Origin: Candidatus Eiseniibacteriota bacterium
Lineage (GTDB): Bacteria; Eisenbacteria; RBG-16-71-46; CAVPCR01
NCBI GenBank assembly: GCA_963702435.1
Contig: CAVPCR010000002.1
Span: forward strand, 194,612-258,611
Reading direction: 5' to 3'
Length of the DNA stretch: 64,000 bases
Shown piece after piece: positions 8,224 through 17,421 of this stretch. Within the stretch, counting starts at the first letter, position 1; each line of letters starts with the position of its first letter. The translations under genes were made by a program, and so were the position numbers. Below the pieces are notes generated by a model that did no database searches, was not told the origin of the DNA, and saw nothing but the letters and a program-made list of their open reading frames with translations.

Positions 8224-8687
8224 TGGCGATACACCATTCCCGTCGGCCCGATGTTGAGGGTGTCCGGCCGCTCTGCGGACGAGATCACGAGCCGGCCGCC
8301 CGAGGTTCCCGGCGCCAGCATGCCGCTGGGATCGAAGATGATGGAATCCGCCGGGGTGAGTTCCACTGCCGCGATCGCGGAGCGGGGCGGCAAGCTGCGG
8401 TCAATCTGGCGCTCGTTCAGGTCGTGGACGCGGTCGCCGTCGGTGTCAACGAGAACCGTATAGGTGGCGACATTCGCGCTGCCCGGGAAAGCGATGATCA
8501 CGGAGCTGTGCGCCGTGACGGAGCTCTGCCGGGCCATGCGCATGTCTTGCACCAGCTGGTCCCGGGCGCCGCGCTCGCCCAGGCTGCGCGCGAAAGTGGC
8601 GAAGTTCGGCACCGACAGTGCGGTGAGCACCCCGGCGATCACGATGACTACCATCAGCTCGAGCAGTGTGAACCCGCGGCGTCCCAT
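8220..8687 (-). CDS. FimT/GspH-like pseudopilin (prepilin-type N-terminal methylation domain)
   Basis: I chose the internal start ATG 8687-8685 of track ORF 8220..9212. MGRRG|FTLLELMVVIVIAGVLTALSVPNF, 155 aa. It is the first gene of the pilin cluster. Confidence 0.8.
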   Translation of the reverse strand: MGRRGFTLLELMVVIVIAGVLTALSVPNFATFARSLGERGARDQLVQDMRMARQSSVTAHSSVIIAFPGSANVATYTVLVDTDGDRVHDLNERQIDRSLPPRSAIAAVELTPADSIIFDPSGMLAPGTSGGRLVISSAERPDTLNIGPTGMVYRQ

Positions 8688-8889
8688 TGCGTCCTTTCGT
8701 TGTCGTCCTTGTCTGAAAGATCGCCGCCAGAGCCGGCCCTTGCGGTCCGGGGCGGCGCGGCTCCCGGCCTGGGCTCGGGCAGAACGCCTGCGCAGCTCGC
8801 GGATTGCATCCCGGGAGATGCGCGCCGGAAGCCCGAAGCGCTTGAAGTTTCGTGGTTGGCCCCGAGGTCGGAGCTGCGGAGATGGTGGA

Positions 8890-8905
8890 CGCAGGAGTCG
8901 TGCCG
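8890..8905 (-). promoter_or_regulatory. sigma-54 -24/-12 promoter candidate upstream of the minor-pilin cluster
   Basis: Minus strand CGGCACG-ACTC-CTGCG with GG-N10-GC spacing. It lies about 200 nt upstream of the FimT/GspH-like start. Its 14-mer is identical to the site at 6846-6861. Confidence 0.4.
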
Positions 8906-8987
8906 GGGGACGAGGGAGAAAGCAGGTGGGGAAGGGCACCCAGGGTGGGGGCCGCCGGAAGCCGGGTGCCGGGAGGCCTCTTCCTAC

Positions 8988-9030
8988 CGATCTAGGGTCT
9001 GGGGTCTGCGCCCGATCTAGGGTCTGCGCC
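8988..9030. repeat. tandem duplication at the groEL 3' end
   Basis: CGATCTAGGGTCTG occurs at 8988-9001 and 9013-9026. The first copy has an internal GGGTCTG GGGTCTG doubling (8995-9008). Each copy carries a TAG on the minus strand (9019-9017 and 8994-8992). Confidence 0.7.
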
Positions 9031-10635
9031 CGGGCTCGGCGCCGCCCTGCCGCTTCTCCCCCGGCGGGGGGATCTCCGCGACCAGCGCATCGGTGGTGAG
9101 GAGGAGCCCGGCGATCGAGGCCGCGTGCTGCAGCGCGACACGCACGACCTTGGTGGGATCCACGATGCCCTGCGCCTCGAGGTCCTCGAACTCGAGCGTG
9201 AGCGCGTTCCATCCGGTGGTGCCGCTCGCGGCGAGCACCCGCTCGACGACGGCGCCGCCGTCGGCGCCGGCGTTCGCGGCGAGACGGCGCAGCGGCTCGG
9301 CCAGCGCCCGGCGCACGGTGGCGACCCCGAAGGCCTCATCGCCCGCGGCCGCGAGCCCGTCGAGCGCCGCGGCCGAGCGGAGGAGGGCCACTCCGCCGCC
9401 GGGGACCACGCCCTCCTCGACGGCGGCCCGGGTCGCGGCGAGCGCATCCTCGAGCCGCGCCTTCCGCTCCTTGAGCTCGATCTCGGTGGCGCGCCGACGT
9501 GGATCACGGCGACGCCGCCGAGGAGACAGGCAAGCCGCTTCCTCAGCTGATCGCGATCGTGATCGGACGTCGCCTCCTCGATCCGGCGCCGGATCTCGCC
9601 GGCGCGGGCGGCGAGGGCGGCGGGATCGCCGCCGCCGCCGCCGATGGTGGTCGAGTCCTTGTCGATGACCGCGCGCGACGCCTGACCGAGATCCCGGAGA
9701 CCGGCGTTCTCGAGGCGGCGTCCGGTCTCGGCGCTCACCACCTCGCCGCCGGTGAGGACCGCGAGATCCGCGAGCAGGGCTTTCTGGCGATCGCCGAAGC
9801 CGGGCGCCTTGACCGCCGCCGCCTGGAGCGTGCCCCGGAGCTTGTTGACGACGAGGACGGCGAGGGCCTCCCCTTCCACGTCTTCGGCGACGACGAGGAG
9901 CGGGCGCCCCAGCCGCGCCACCTGATCGAGGAGGGGCAGGAGCTCCCCGAGGCCCGCGAGCCGGCGATCGTGGAGGAGGAGGAGCGGCCTCTCGAGCGCC
10001 ACCTCCATGCGCTCGGGATCGGTGATGAAGTACGGCGAGAGATACCCGCGGTCGAACTGCATTCCCTCGACGACCGCGAGCGCGGTCCCGGTGGTCCGCG
10101 CCTCCTCGACCATGATCACCCCGTCCCGGCCGACCTGGGCCATGGCCCGCGCGACGAGCTCCCCGATCTCCCGGTCGTCGCCGGCCGCGAGGGCGGCGAC
10201 CTGAGCGATCCGGTCCGGTCCCTCGATGGTTGCCGAGCGCGCCGCGAGGTCGGCGACCACGACCGCCACCGCCCGGTCGATCCCGCGCTTCACGGCCATC
10301 GGATGGGCTCCCGCCGCCACGTGGCGGAGCCCGTCGTGGAAGAGGGCCTGCGCGAGCACGGTCGCGGTGGTCGTGCCGTCGCCCGCGACTTCCTGCGTCC
10401 GGGCCGACACGTCCTTGATGAGCTGCGCGCCCATGTTCTCGAGCGGATCGGCCGGCTCGATCTCGCGCGCCACGGTGACCCCGTCGCTGGTCAGGGTCGG
10501 CACGCCGAACCCGCGCTCGAGAACGACGCTCCGCCCGCGCGGACCGAGGGTGACCCGGACGGCGTTCGCGACCTGGTCGATGCCGCGGCGGAGCGCATCC
10601 CGCGCGGCGGAGTCGAAGCTGAGCTGCTTGGCCAT
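9017..10635 (-). CDS. groEL: chaperonin GroEL (Cpn60), frameshifted as sequenced (1-nt deletion near 9490-9493)
   Basis: [40 protein letters not shown]...[15 protein letters not shown]. After [10 protein letters not shown] the track ORF turns to Arg/Pro/Ser noise. The other frame continues [37 protein letters not shown]... to a stop at 9017. The corrected length is 539 aa. Confidence 0.9.
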
Positions 10636-10695
10636 CGGTCCCCCAGCCGCCGTTCGGGCGGGCCGCCGGCGGCCCGCGCGCGAAGGCGGTAGAAC

Positions 10696-11538
10696 CTAGC
10701 GTGCCCCGCGCCGCGGCGCCGGCGGGCGAGCCCGGCCGGAGCGGCGGCGATGCGCGAGGAGGAGCCCCTTCAGCGTGAGCGCCGGATCGACGATCTGGAT
10801 CGAGCGCGCGATCCCGCGCACGAGATCGACATAGCCGCCGGTCGCAATGACCAACGGATCGGCGCCGATTTCTGCGGAGATCCGAGCGACCAGCCCGTCG
10901 ATGAGGATCGCGTTCCCGAGGACGATGCCGGAGCGGATGCTCTCCTCGGTGGTGCGGCCGACCACGCGCTCGGGGAAGGCGAGCTCGATCCGCTGGAGGC
11001 GAGCCGCGCGCCGGAAGAGAACGTCCGCCGCGGTGATCATCCCGGGCGCGATGGCGCCGCCCAGGTACTCCCCGCGGGCGCTCACCACGTCGAAGGTGGT
11101 GGCGGTGCCGAGATCGACGATGATCGCCGGCACGCCATAGTGAGCGCGCGCCGCGGCGGCGTTGGCCAGGCGGTCGGGGCCGACCGCCGACGGATCGAGG
11201 TAGCGATTCTCGATGCCGAGATCGGTCGTGTGATCGACGACCAGGGGAGCGGCGATACCGAGACGGGCGAGCGCCCCGGCGAACTCCCGGGTCATCGCCG
11301 GCACCACGCTCGCCAGCACGCCGGCGAGCGGCCGCTCGAGCGAGACGCCGCGGTCCGCGGCCAGGCCGCGGATGAGATGCGCGATCTCGTCGGCGGTGCG
11401 CTCCACGGTGCTCGCGATCCCCCACTGCGCGACGAGCTCATCGCCGTGAAACACGCCGACGGTGGCGCTCGTGTTGCCGACATCCACGGCGAGGATACGT
11501 TCCGGCGCGCGGGCCGGGGTGGGCTTCCGCTGGGTCAT
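10696..11538 (-). CDS. coaX: type III pantothenate kinase
   Basis: [30 protein letters not shown]...[14 protein letters not shown]...ATGGY. Internal start ATG 11538-11536. 4-nt overlap with the tatC stop. Confidence 0.9.
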   Translation of the reverse strand: MTQRKPTPARAPERILAVDVGNTSATVGVFHGDELVAQWGIASTVERTADEIAHLIRGLAADRGVSLERPLAGVLASVVPAMTREFAGALARLGIAAPLVVDHTTDLGIENRYLDPSAVGPDRLANAAAARAHYGVPAIIVDLGTATTFDVVSARGEYLGGAIAPGMITAADVLFRRAARLQRIELAFPERVVGRTTEESIRSGIVLGNAILIDGLVARISAEIGADPLVIATGGYVDLVRGIARSIQIVDPALTLKGLLLAHRRRSGRARPPAPRRGAR

Positions 11539-12410
11539 GGTTCCGGTGTTCCGGGCTCGAGAGGATCCGCGGGCAGCGACGCCGGGTCCTCGGGCGCGGT
11601 GCTCTCGAGCGGCGCCCCGACGGGGCGCGGTACGGCGCCTGCTGCCGGGGGCGGCACGTTCGGCGCAACGACGGGCGGAACGAGCGGCGGTGCGGGCGCG
11701 CGCTTCCGGCTCCGCCCGGCGACCAGGAAGGCGAGCCCCACGCTCAGGAAGTAGAGCGCGATCATCGGGATCGCGAGCACGAGCATCGACGGGCCGTCCC
11801 CCGGCGTGACCACGGCGGCGATGACGAAGATCCCGACCACCGCATGGCGCCACCAGGCGAGCAGATCCCGCCCGGTGACGAGGCCGGCGAGGGCGAGCGC
11901 CGTCGTCACCAGCGGCAGCTCGAAGATGGTGCCGCAGGCGAGAACGAGCCGCAGGACGAAGGTGAGGAGCTGGCCCACGGCGATGTTCGGCACCATGCTC
12001 GCCGTGCCGAAGGAGAGGAGGATGTTCATGATGACCGGCACGAGCACGAGCAGTCCGAACGCCCCGCCGGCGTAGAAGAGCGCGCACGAGGCGACGACCA
12101 GCGGCAGCACGAGGTTCCGCTCCTCCTTGAGGAGGCCCGGGACGATGAAGCGCCACACGCGCCACAGGACGAAGGGCAGGACTAGGACGACGCCCGTGGT
12201 GAGGGCCACCTTGATGCGGGCCGAGAACGCCTCGGCCGGGCCGAGGAAGATGACCGGCACACCCTCCGGCATGGCGCTCGCGATCAGGTATTCGAGGATC
12301 CACCCGGAGAGCGCCCACGTCACGAGCATGCCCACGCCGATCGCGATCAGCGAATCCATGAGCACGCGCCTGAGCTCCTCGAGGTGATCGAGGAACGGCA
12401 TCTCGCCCAT
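11535..12410 (-). CDS. tatC: twin-arginine translocase subunit TatC
   Basis: MGEMPFLDHLEELRRVLMDSLIAIGVGML... with six hydrophobic segments and a Pro-rich tail. An alternative GTG start at 12428 overlaps the nrdR stop (GTGA). Confidence 0.9.
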   Translation of the reverse strand: MGEMPFLDHLEELRRVLMDSLIAIGVGMLVTWALSGWILEYLIASAMPEGVPVIFLGPAEAFSARIKVALTTGVVLVLPFVLWRVWRFIVPGLLKEERNLVLPLVVASCALFYAGGAFGLLVLVPVIMNILLSFGTASMVPNIAVGQLLTFVLRLVLACGTIFELPLVTTALALAGLVTGRDLLAWWRHAVVGIFVIAAVVTPGDGPSMLVLAIPMIALYFLSVGLAFLVAGRSRKRAPAPPLVPPVVAPNVPPPAAGAVPRPVGAPLESTAPEDPASLPADPLEPGTPEP

Positions 12411-12424
12411 GCCGAGGGGCAGCT

Positions 12425-12925
12425 TCACTCCGCATCCTCGCCGGTCCGGGCGACGGTACCCGGATCGGCCGGAAGTTCCCCGCGCAGGCTCTTCACCTCG
12501 TCCATGAACTGGCTCACGTCGCGGAACTGCCGGTAGACCGAGGCGAAGCGGACGTAGGCCACCGCGTCGATATCGCGGAGCGCCGCCATCACCCGCTCGC
12601 CCACGGCGGCGCTCGACACCTCGCTCACGCCGAGGGCGCGGATCTCGGCCTCCACGTGCTCCACCGCCGAGTCGAGCACCGCGGCCGGGATCGGGCGCTT
12701 CTCGGTGGCGCGCCGGATGCCGCCCCACAGCTTGGCGCGATCGAACGGCTCGCGGCGGCCGTCGCGCTTGACCACGTAGAGCACCGCGGCCTCGATCTCC
12801 TCGTAGGTCGTGAAGCGGTGGCCGCAGGCCAGACACTCCCGGCGGCGGCGGATCGCGGTCTCTGCCTTGGTCGCCCGGGAGTCGATGACGCGATCCTCGA
12901 GATGTCCACAGCTGGGGCACTTCAT
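12425..12925 (-). CDS. nrdR: transcriptional repressor NrdR
   Basis: MKCPSCGHLEDRVIDSRATKAETAIRRRRECLACGHRFTTYEEIE shows the zinc ribbon plus ATP-cone pattern. 166 aa. Confidence 0.95.
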   Translation of the reverse strand: MKCPSCGHLEDRVIDSRATKAETAIRRRRECLACGHRFTTYEEIEAAVLYVVKRDGRREPFDRAKLWGGIRRATEKRPIPAAVLDSAVEHVEAEIRALGVSEVSSAAVGERVMAALRDIDAVAYVRFASVYRQFRDVSQFMDEVKSLRGELPADPGTVARTGEDAE

Positions 12926-13722
12926 GAGGACGCAGCGGGCGGTTCGAGATCGAGCGAACCCGAGACGATGGTGCGCACCAGGCCGTCGTCCGCCTTGACG
13001 AGGAGCGCCCCGGTCGCGTCGATATCCACGGCCACGCCGACCACCGCCTCCTCCCCCATCATGATCCGCACGCGCTCTCCCAGATGATTCGAATGGCGGC
13101 GCCAGGTATCGAGCAGGCCCTGCGCACGTCCGGCGGCGACCTCCAGGAACGCTCCCTCGAGCGCGGAGAGAATGCCGGCCGCCAGTTTGCACCGGTCGAC
13201 CGGCAGCCCGACGAGCATGTCGAGGAAGATCGCCTCGCGTCCGATCTCGTCCACGGACGGCGCGCGGTGCACGTTCACGCCGATGCCGAGGGCGACCGCG
13301 CCGCCGGGCAACGACTCGGCCAAGATACCACAAAGCTTGAAGCGCCCGACCATCAGGTCGTTCGGCCACTGGAGCTCGGTCGGCACCTCGACGGCGAGCC
13401 AGATGCCCATCCTGACGGCGACACCGGCCCCGAGCGTGATGACGCCGGGCGGGGCATCCCCCGGCCGGAGGAGCACCGACATCCAGAGCCCCTCGCCCGG
13501 CCGCGACACCCAGCGCCGCCCGCCGCTCCCCCGCCCCCGGGTCTGTTCCTCGGCGATGACGGCGAGCCCCGTCGCGGCACCCTCGCGCGCGAGCTCGCGC
13601 ACGCGATCGTTGGTCGAGGGGAGGACGCGATGCACCTCGATCGGGCGGCCTGAGATCGGGTCCGGGAGGAAGGAGCGAATCCGTATGGCGTCAAGCGGAT
13701 CATCCTGGACGTGATGAGCCAT
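12922..13722 (-). CDS. birA: biotin--[acetyl-CoA-carboxylase] ligase (no N-terminal HTH)
   Basis: VIAEEQTRGRGSGGRRWVSRPGEGLWMSVLL (GRGRxGR motif). 266 aa. ATGA overlap with nrdR. Confidence 0.9.
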   Translation of the reverse strand: MAHHVQDDPLDAIRIRSFLPDPISGRPIEVHRVLPSTNDRVRELAREGAATGLAVIAEEQTRGRGSGGRRWVSRPGEGLWMSVLLRPGDAPPGVITLGAGVAVRMGIWLAVEVPTELQWPNDLMVGRFKLCGILAESLPGGAVALGIGVNVHRAPSVDEIGREAIFLDMLVGLPVDRCKLAAGILSALEGAFLEVAAGRAQGLLDTWRRHSNHLGERVRIMMGEEAVVGVAVDIDATGALLVKADDGLVRTIVSGSLDLEPPAASS

Positions 13723-13765
13723 GCGCGAGCTCCGGTCGGGCGAGGCGACGCGGTACCACGCGGCG

Positions 13766-14653
13766 TCAGGCGTAGTCCTCGATCGATTCGACGCTGAGGG
13801 CGAGATCGAGCGCCGGCGCCGAGTGCGTGATCGCCCCGACCGCCACCGAGTCGACGCCGGGGAGCGCGAACGAGCGCACGTTGGCGTGAGTCACCCCGCC
13901 CGAGACCTCGATCCACGGCCGGCCCGGACGGCCCGGCTCTGCGCGCGGCGTGCCGGGCTCGATCCCGAGGCGCTCGAGTGTCGCGCGGACGCGCTCCGGG
14001 GTCATGTTGTCGAGGAGCAGCTGATCGGCGCCGGCACGCACGGCCTCCTCGGCCTCCTCGGCGTTTCGGACCTCGACCTGGATCACGAGATCGCCGTGCG
14101 CGCGCCGCGCGGCGCGCACGGCGCCGGTGATCGAACCGGCCGCCGGCAGGTGGTTGTCCTTGATGAGGATCATGTCGAAGAGCCCGAAACGGTGATTCCG
14201 CCCGCCGCCGACGAGCACCGCATACTTCTCGAGAAAGCGCAGCCCGGGCAGTGTCTTCCGCGTGTCGCGGACCACGGTCGAGGTGCCCCGGAGCGCCTCG
14301 ACGAAGCGCGCCGTCGCGGTCGCGATGCCGGAGAGGTGCTGCAGCAGGTTGAGCGCCACGCGCTCGCCGGAGAGGACGGCGCGCGCCCGACCGTCGATCG
14401 CGGCGACCGCCAGCCCCGGCTTGAGACGCGCTCCATCCTTGGCCAGGGCCCGGAAGCCGATGTCGCGGTCGAGCTCATGGAAGACGAGGCGCGCGAGGTC
14501 GATCCCGGCGAGGACGCCGGGCGCCCGCGCCTCGATCCGTGCGCGGGCCCGCGCACTCTGCGACACGATGCTCTCGGTCGTGACATCTCCGGACCCGAGA
14601 TCCTCCGCCAGGGCGAGGCGGATGATGGGAAGGGCGATGGTCTCGAGCTTCAC
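13766..14653 (-). CDS. nadC: nicotinate-nucleotide diphosphorylase (carboxylating)
   Basis: LAEDLGSGDVTT...ERVALNLLQHLSGIATATARFV...DTRKTLPGLR...GGGRNHRFGLFDMILIKDNH. Confidence 0.95.
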   Translation of the reverse strand: MKLETIALPIIRLALAEDLGSGDVTTESIVSQSARARARIEARAPGVLAGIDLARLVFHELDRDIGFRALAKDGARLKPGLAVAAIDGRARAVLSGERVALNLLQHLSGIATATARFVEALRGTSTVVRDTRKTLPGLRFLEKYAVLVGGGRNHRFGLFDMILIKDNHLPAAGSITGAVRAARRAHGDLVIQVEVRNAEEAEEAVRAGADQLLLDNMTPERVRATLERLGIEPGTPRAEPGRPGRPWIEVSGGVTHANVRSFALPGVDSVAVGAITHSAPALDLALSVESIEDYA

Positions 14654-14692
14654 GTGACACTCCCTCTGTTCTCGAACCCGCGCCGCGCGCGG

Positions 14693-15259
14693 TCAGTCGT
14701 TGGATCGTCCGGGCGTCGGCGTCGGGTCGAGCACCCAGTCACCGGCGGGCGTGCGCGCGAGCGAGGTGTCGGGCCGCTGGGGTCCGAAGGTGGTCGAGTC
14801 GACGAGCGCGAGCTCCGAGCCGTAGAAGAGGCCGACCTCCTCCCCGTCGGCCGAAAGGCGGAAGGTCGCATGCCACCTGCCTTCCGCCGGCTCGCCGTCG
14901 GCCCAGATGAGGAGGATGCCGCCCGCGGGGAGCGTGGTATCGGGCAGCGGCCAGCGGTTCCGGACGCCGAGATCGTCGGTCAGGAAGAGCCCCGCCGTGG
15001 CCGCCGCTTCCCCGCCGCCGTTCGCGAGCTCGACGAAGTCGTCGTAGTCGCCGAACTCGTCGCTGAGCGTGGCCGTGTTGGCGGCCAGGAGCTCGTTCAG
15101 CACGATGTCCGGCCCGGCCGGCGGCTCCGGCTGCGGCTCCGTGTCGCCGTCGTCGCCGCAGGCGGCAATCGCGGCGATCGCGGCGATCGCGGCGATCGCG
15201 AGGACGAGAGTCCCCTTGCCGAGCCGGCCGCGCCGATTCATCCCGCGCGCTGGTGCCAT
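14693..15259 (-). CDS. lipoprotein with lamin-tail (LTD) domain
   Basis: Signal peptide plus lipobox LVLAIAAIAAIAAIAAC. LTD pattern IVLNELLAAN...DYDDFVELANGG...LFLTDD...LPAGGILLIWADG. A GAGGAGGGA Shine-Dalgarno lies 7 nt upstream of the ATG at 15259. Confidence 0.7.
   Translation of the reverse strand: MAPARGMNRRGRLGKGTLVLAIAAIAAIAAIAACGDDGDTEPQPEPPAGPDIVLNELLAANTATLSDEFGDYDDFVELANGGGEAAATAGLFLTDDLGVRNRWPLPDTTLPAGGILLIWADGEPAEGRWHATFRLSADGEEVGLFYGSELALVDSTTFGPQRPDTSLARTPAGDWVLDPTPTPGRSND
15162..15197. repeat. 9-bp tandem repeat x4 inside the lipoprotein signal peptide
   Basis: gcggcaatc gcggcgatc gcggcgatc gcggcgatc, encoding (IAA)x4 of the h-region on the minus strand. Confidence 0.9.
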
Positions 15260-15351
15260 GCCGCATCCCTCCTCGATTCCGGTGCCCGCCGCGCCGACGA
15301 GACTCGCACGCCGCTTCCCGGACCGTCAACGCCGCCGGTCGCCGCCCGCTC

Positions 15352-17361
15352 CTACCCGCGCGCCTCGAGTTCCTCGATCCGATCGCGGAGGCTCGCCGCC
15401 TGCTCGAACTCGAGCCGCGCCGCGCAGGCGAGCATCTCCCGCTCGAGCTCGCGGATCATCTCGACGCGGGTGAGCCGCGCGAGCTTCTCGGGGGCGAGGA
15501 TCGGCGGCTCCTCGGCGTAGAGGGCCGGCGTGTCGGCCACCCGCGTGGTCAGGCGCACCTGCTCGACCGACTTCTGGATCGAGCGCGGCGTGATCCCATG
15601 CTCCGCGTTCCAGCGGAGCTGCTTCTCGCGCCGGCGATTGGTCTCGTCGATCGCCCGCCGCATCGAGCCCGTCACCGTGTCGGCGTAGAGGAAGACCTGG
15701 CCGCCCACGTTGCGCGCGGCGCGCCCCGCGGTCTGGATGAGCGAGGTCTCCGAGCGGAGGAAGCCCTCCTTGTCGGCGTCGAGGATCGCGACGAGGCTCA
15801 CCTCCGGCAGATCGAGCCCCTCGCGCAGGAGGTTGATGCCGACCAGCACGTCGAACTCGGCGAGGCGGAGGCCGCGGAGGATCTCGACCCGCTCGATGGC
15901 GTCGATGTCGGAATGCAGGTAGCGCACGCGGATACCCATCTCGGCCAGGTAGTCGGTCAGGTCCTCGGCCATCCGCTTGGTGAGCGTCGTCACGAGCACG
16001 CGCTCGCGCCGCTCGACCCGGGTCAGGATCTCCGCGTGCAGGTCGTCCACCTGCCCCTCGACCGGCCGCACCTCGATCTCCGGGTCGACGAGCCCGGTCG
16101 GCCGGATGACCTGCTCGACGACGACGCCGCCCGCCTCCCGGAGCTCGAACTCGGCGGGCGTGGCCGAGACGAAGATCCGCTGGCCGACGAGGGACGCGAA
16201 CTCGGCGAAGCGGAGCGGGCGGTTGTCGAGCGCCGAGGGCAGGCGGAAGCCGTACTCGACCAGTGTCTGCTTGCGCGACCGGTCGCCCTCGTACATGCCG
16301 CCGACCTGCGGCACCGTGACGTGCGACTCGTCGATGATGAGGAGGAAGTCGGACGGGAAGTAGTCGAGCAGGCAGGTCGGCCGGTCCCCGGCGGCCCGCC
16401 CCGAGAGGTGCCGCGCGTAGTTCTCGATGCCCGGGCAGTAGCCGATCTCGCGGAGCATCTCGAGGTCGTAGTTGGTCCGCGTGCGGAGCCGCTGCGCCTC
16501 GAGGAGCTTGCCCTGGGACTCGAACGAGGCCAGGCGCTCTCGAGCTCGGCCCCGATCGCGGCGATCGCATGCGTGAGCCGCTCGCCCGGGGTGACGAAGT
16601 GCTTGGCCGGGTAGATGGCGAGCCGATCGAGACGGCGGAGCGTCTTTCCGGTGAGCGGATCGACGACCGAGATGCGCTCCACCTCGTCGCCGAAGAGCTC
16701 GATCCGCACCCCGTGCTCCTCGTAGGCCGGCCTGACCTCGACCACGTCCCCGCGCACGCGGAAGGTCCCGCGCGCGCCAGTCGATGTCGTTGCGCGTGTA
16801 CTGGAGATCAACGAGCTCGCGCAGGATCCGATCCCGGTCGCGCGCCTCCCCGCCCTTGAGGTCCAGGCGCAGCCCCTTGAAGTCCTCCGGGTTGCCGAGG
16901 CCGTAGATGCAGGAGACCGAGGCGACCACGATCACGTCGTCGCGCTCGAGGAGCGCGCTCGTCGCGGCGAGCCGCAGCCGGTCGATGTCGTCGTTGATCG
17001 AGGCGTCCTTCTCGATGTAGGTGTTGGTCGAGGGGACGTAGGCCTCGGGCTGGTAGTAGTCGTAGTAGGAGACGAAGTAGCCGACCGCGTTCTCGGGGAA
17101 GAAGCTCTTGAACTCGCCGTAGAGCTGGGCGGCGAGGGTCTTGTTGTGGGAGATGACGAGGGTCGGCCGCCCGATCTGGGCGATCACGTTGGCCATCGTG
17201 AAGGTCTTGCCGGAGCCGGTCACGCCGAGGAGGACCTGGGCGCGATCGCCGCGCTCGATCCCCTCGACGAGCTCCTGGATCGCCGCGGGCTGGTCCCCTT
17301 CCGGGGCGAAGTCGGACCGGAGCTGGAAGTCGGCGCGCGCGCCGTCGCTCTTCTGCATCAC
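15352..17361 (-). CDS. uvrB: excinuclease ABC subunit UvrB, with a compensating pair of frameshifts as sequenced (near 16768-16778 and 16538-16541)
   Basis: [35 protein letters not shown]...[12 protein letters not shown]... and C-terminal ...[19 protein letters not shown]. About 80 middle codons of the 669-aa ORF are noise. The real text [44 protein letters not shown]... is in track ORF 16023..16811. Confidence 0.95.
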   Translation of the reverse strand: MMQKSDGARADFQLRSDFAPEGDQPAAIQELVEGIERGDRAQVLLGVTGSGKTFTMANVIAQIGRPTLVISHNKTLAAQLYGEFKSFFPENAVGYFVSYYDYYQPEAYVPSTNTYIEKDASINDDIDRLRLAATSALLERDDVIVVASVSCIYGLGNPEDFKGLRLDLKGGEARDRDRILRELVDLQYTRNDIDWRARDLPRARGRGRGQAGLRGARGADRALRRRGGAHLGRRSAHRKDAPPSRSARHLPGQALRHPGRAAHACDRRDRGRARERLASFESQGKLLEAQRLRTRTNYDLEMLREIGYCPGIENYARHLSGRAAGDRPTCLLDYFPSDFLLIIDESHVTVPQVGGMYEGDRSRKQTLVEYGFRLPSALDNRPLRFAEFASLVGQRIFVSATPAEFELREAGGVVVEQVIRPTGLVDPEIEVRPVEGQVDDLHAEILTRVERRERVLVTTLTKRMAEDLTDYLAEMGIRVRYLHSDIDAIERVEILRGLRLAEFDVLVGINLLREGLDLPEVSLVAILDADKEGFLRSETSLIQTAGRAARNVGGQVFLYADTVTGSMRRAIDETNRRREKQLRWNAEHGITPRSIQKSVEQVRLTTRVADTPALYAEEPPILAPEKLARLTRVEMIRELEREMLACAARLEFEQAASLRDRIEELEARG

Positions 17362-17421
17362 AAGCGTTCCGTCGCGCGCGCCGTCGCGCCTGCGGCGCGG
17401 CAGCCACGGCCGGCCGGGCTG

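Noticed and set aside
8220-9212. Full 330-aa track ORF as the first pilin gene. The same question applies to other N-terminally extended track ORFs (4885..6654, 45081..46826, 45965..47776, 56461..59052, 38701..39702, 39402..42065).
   Set aside because: The upstream portions are compositional noise. Internal starts give canonical N-termini (prepilin motif, MurB, FtsQ, FtsI, zinc ribbon, RecG wedge region), Shine-Dalgarno sequences, or ATGA/GTGA coupling with the preceding gene.
15162-15197. Short tandem repeats (9 bp x4 here, 18 bp x2 at 26047-26082, 25-bp duplication at 8988-9030) considered as CRISPR-like or minisatellite arrays.
   Set aside because: There are no spacers and no repeat-spacer periodicity. 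Two are in-frame coding repeats and one is a simple duplication of a gene end. No cas genes are present in the window.
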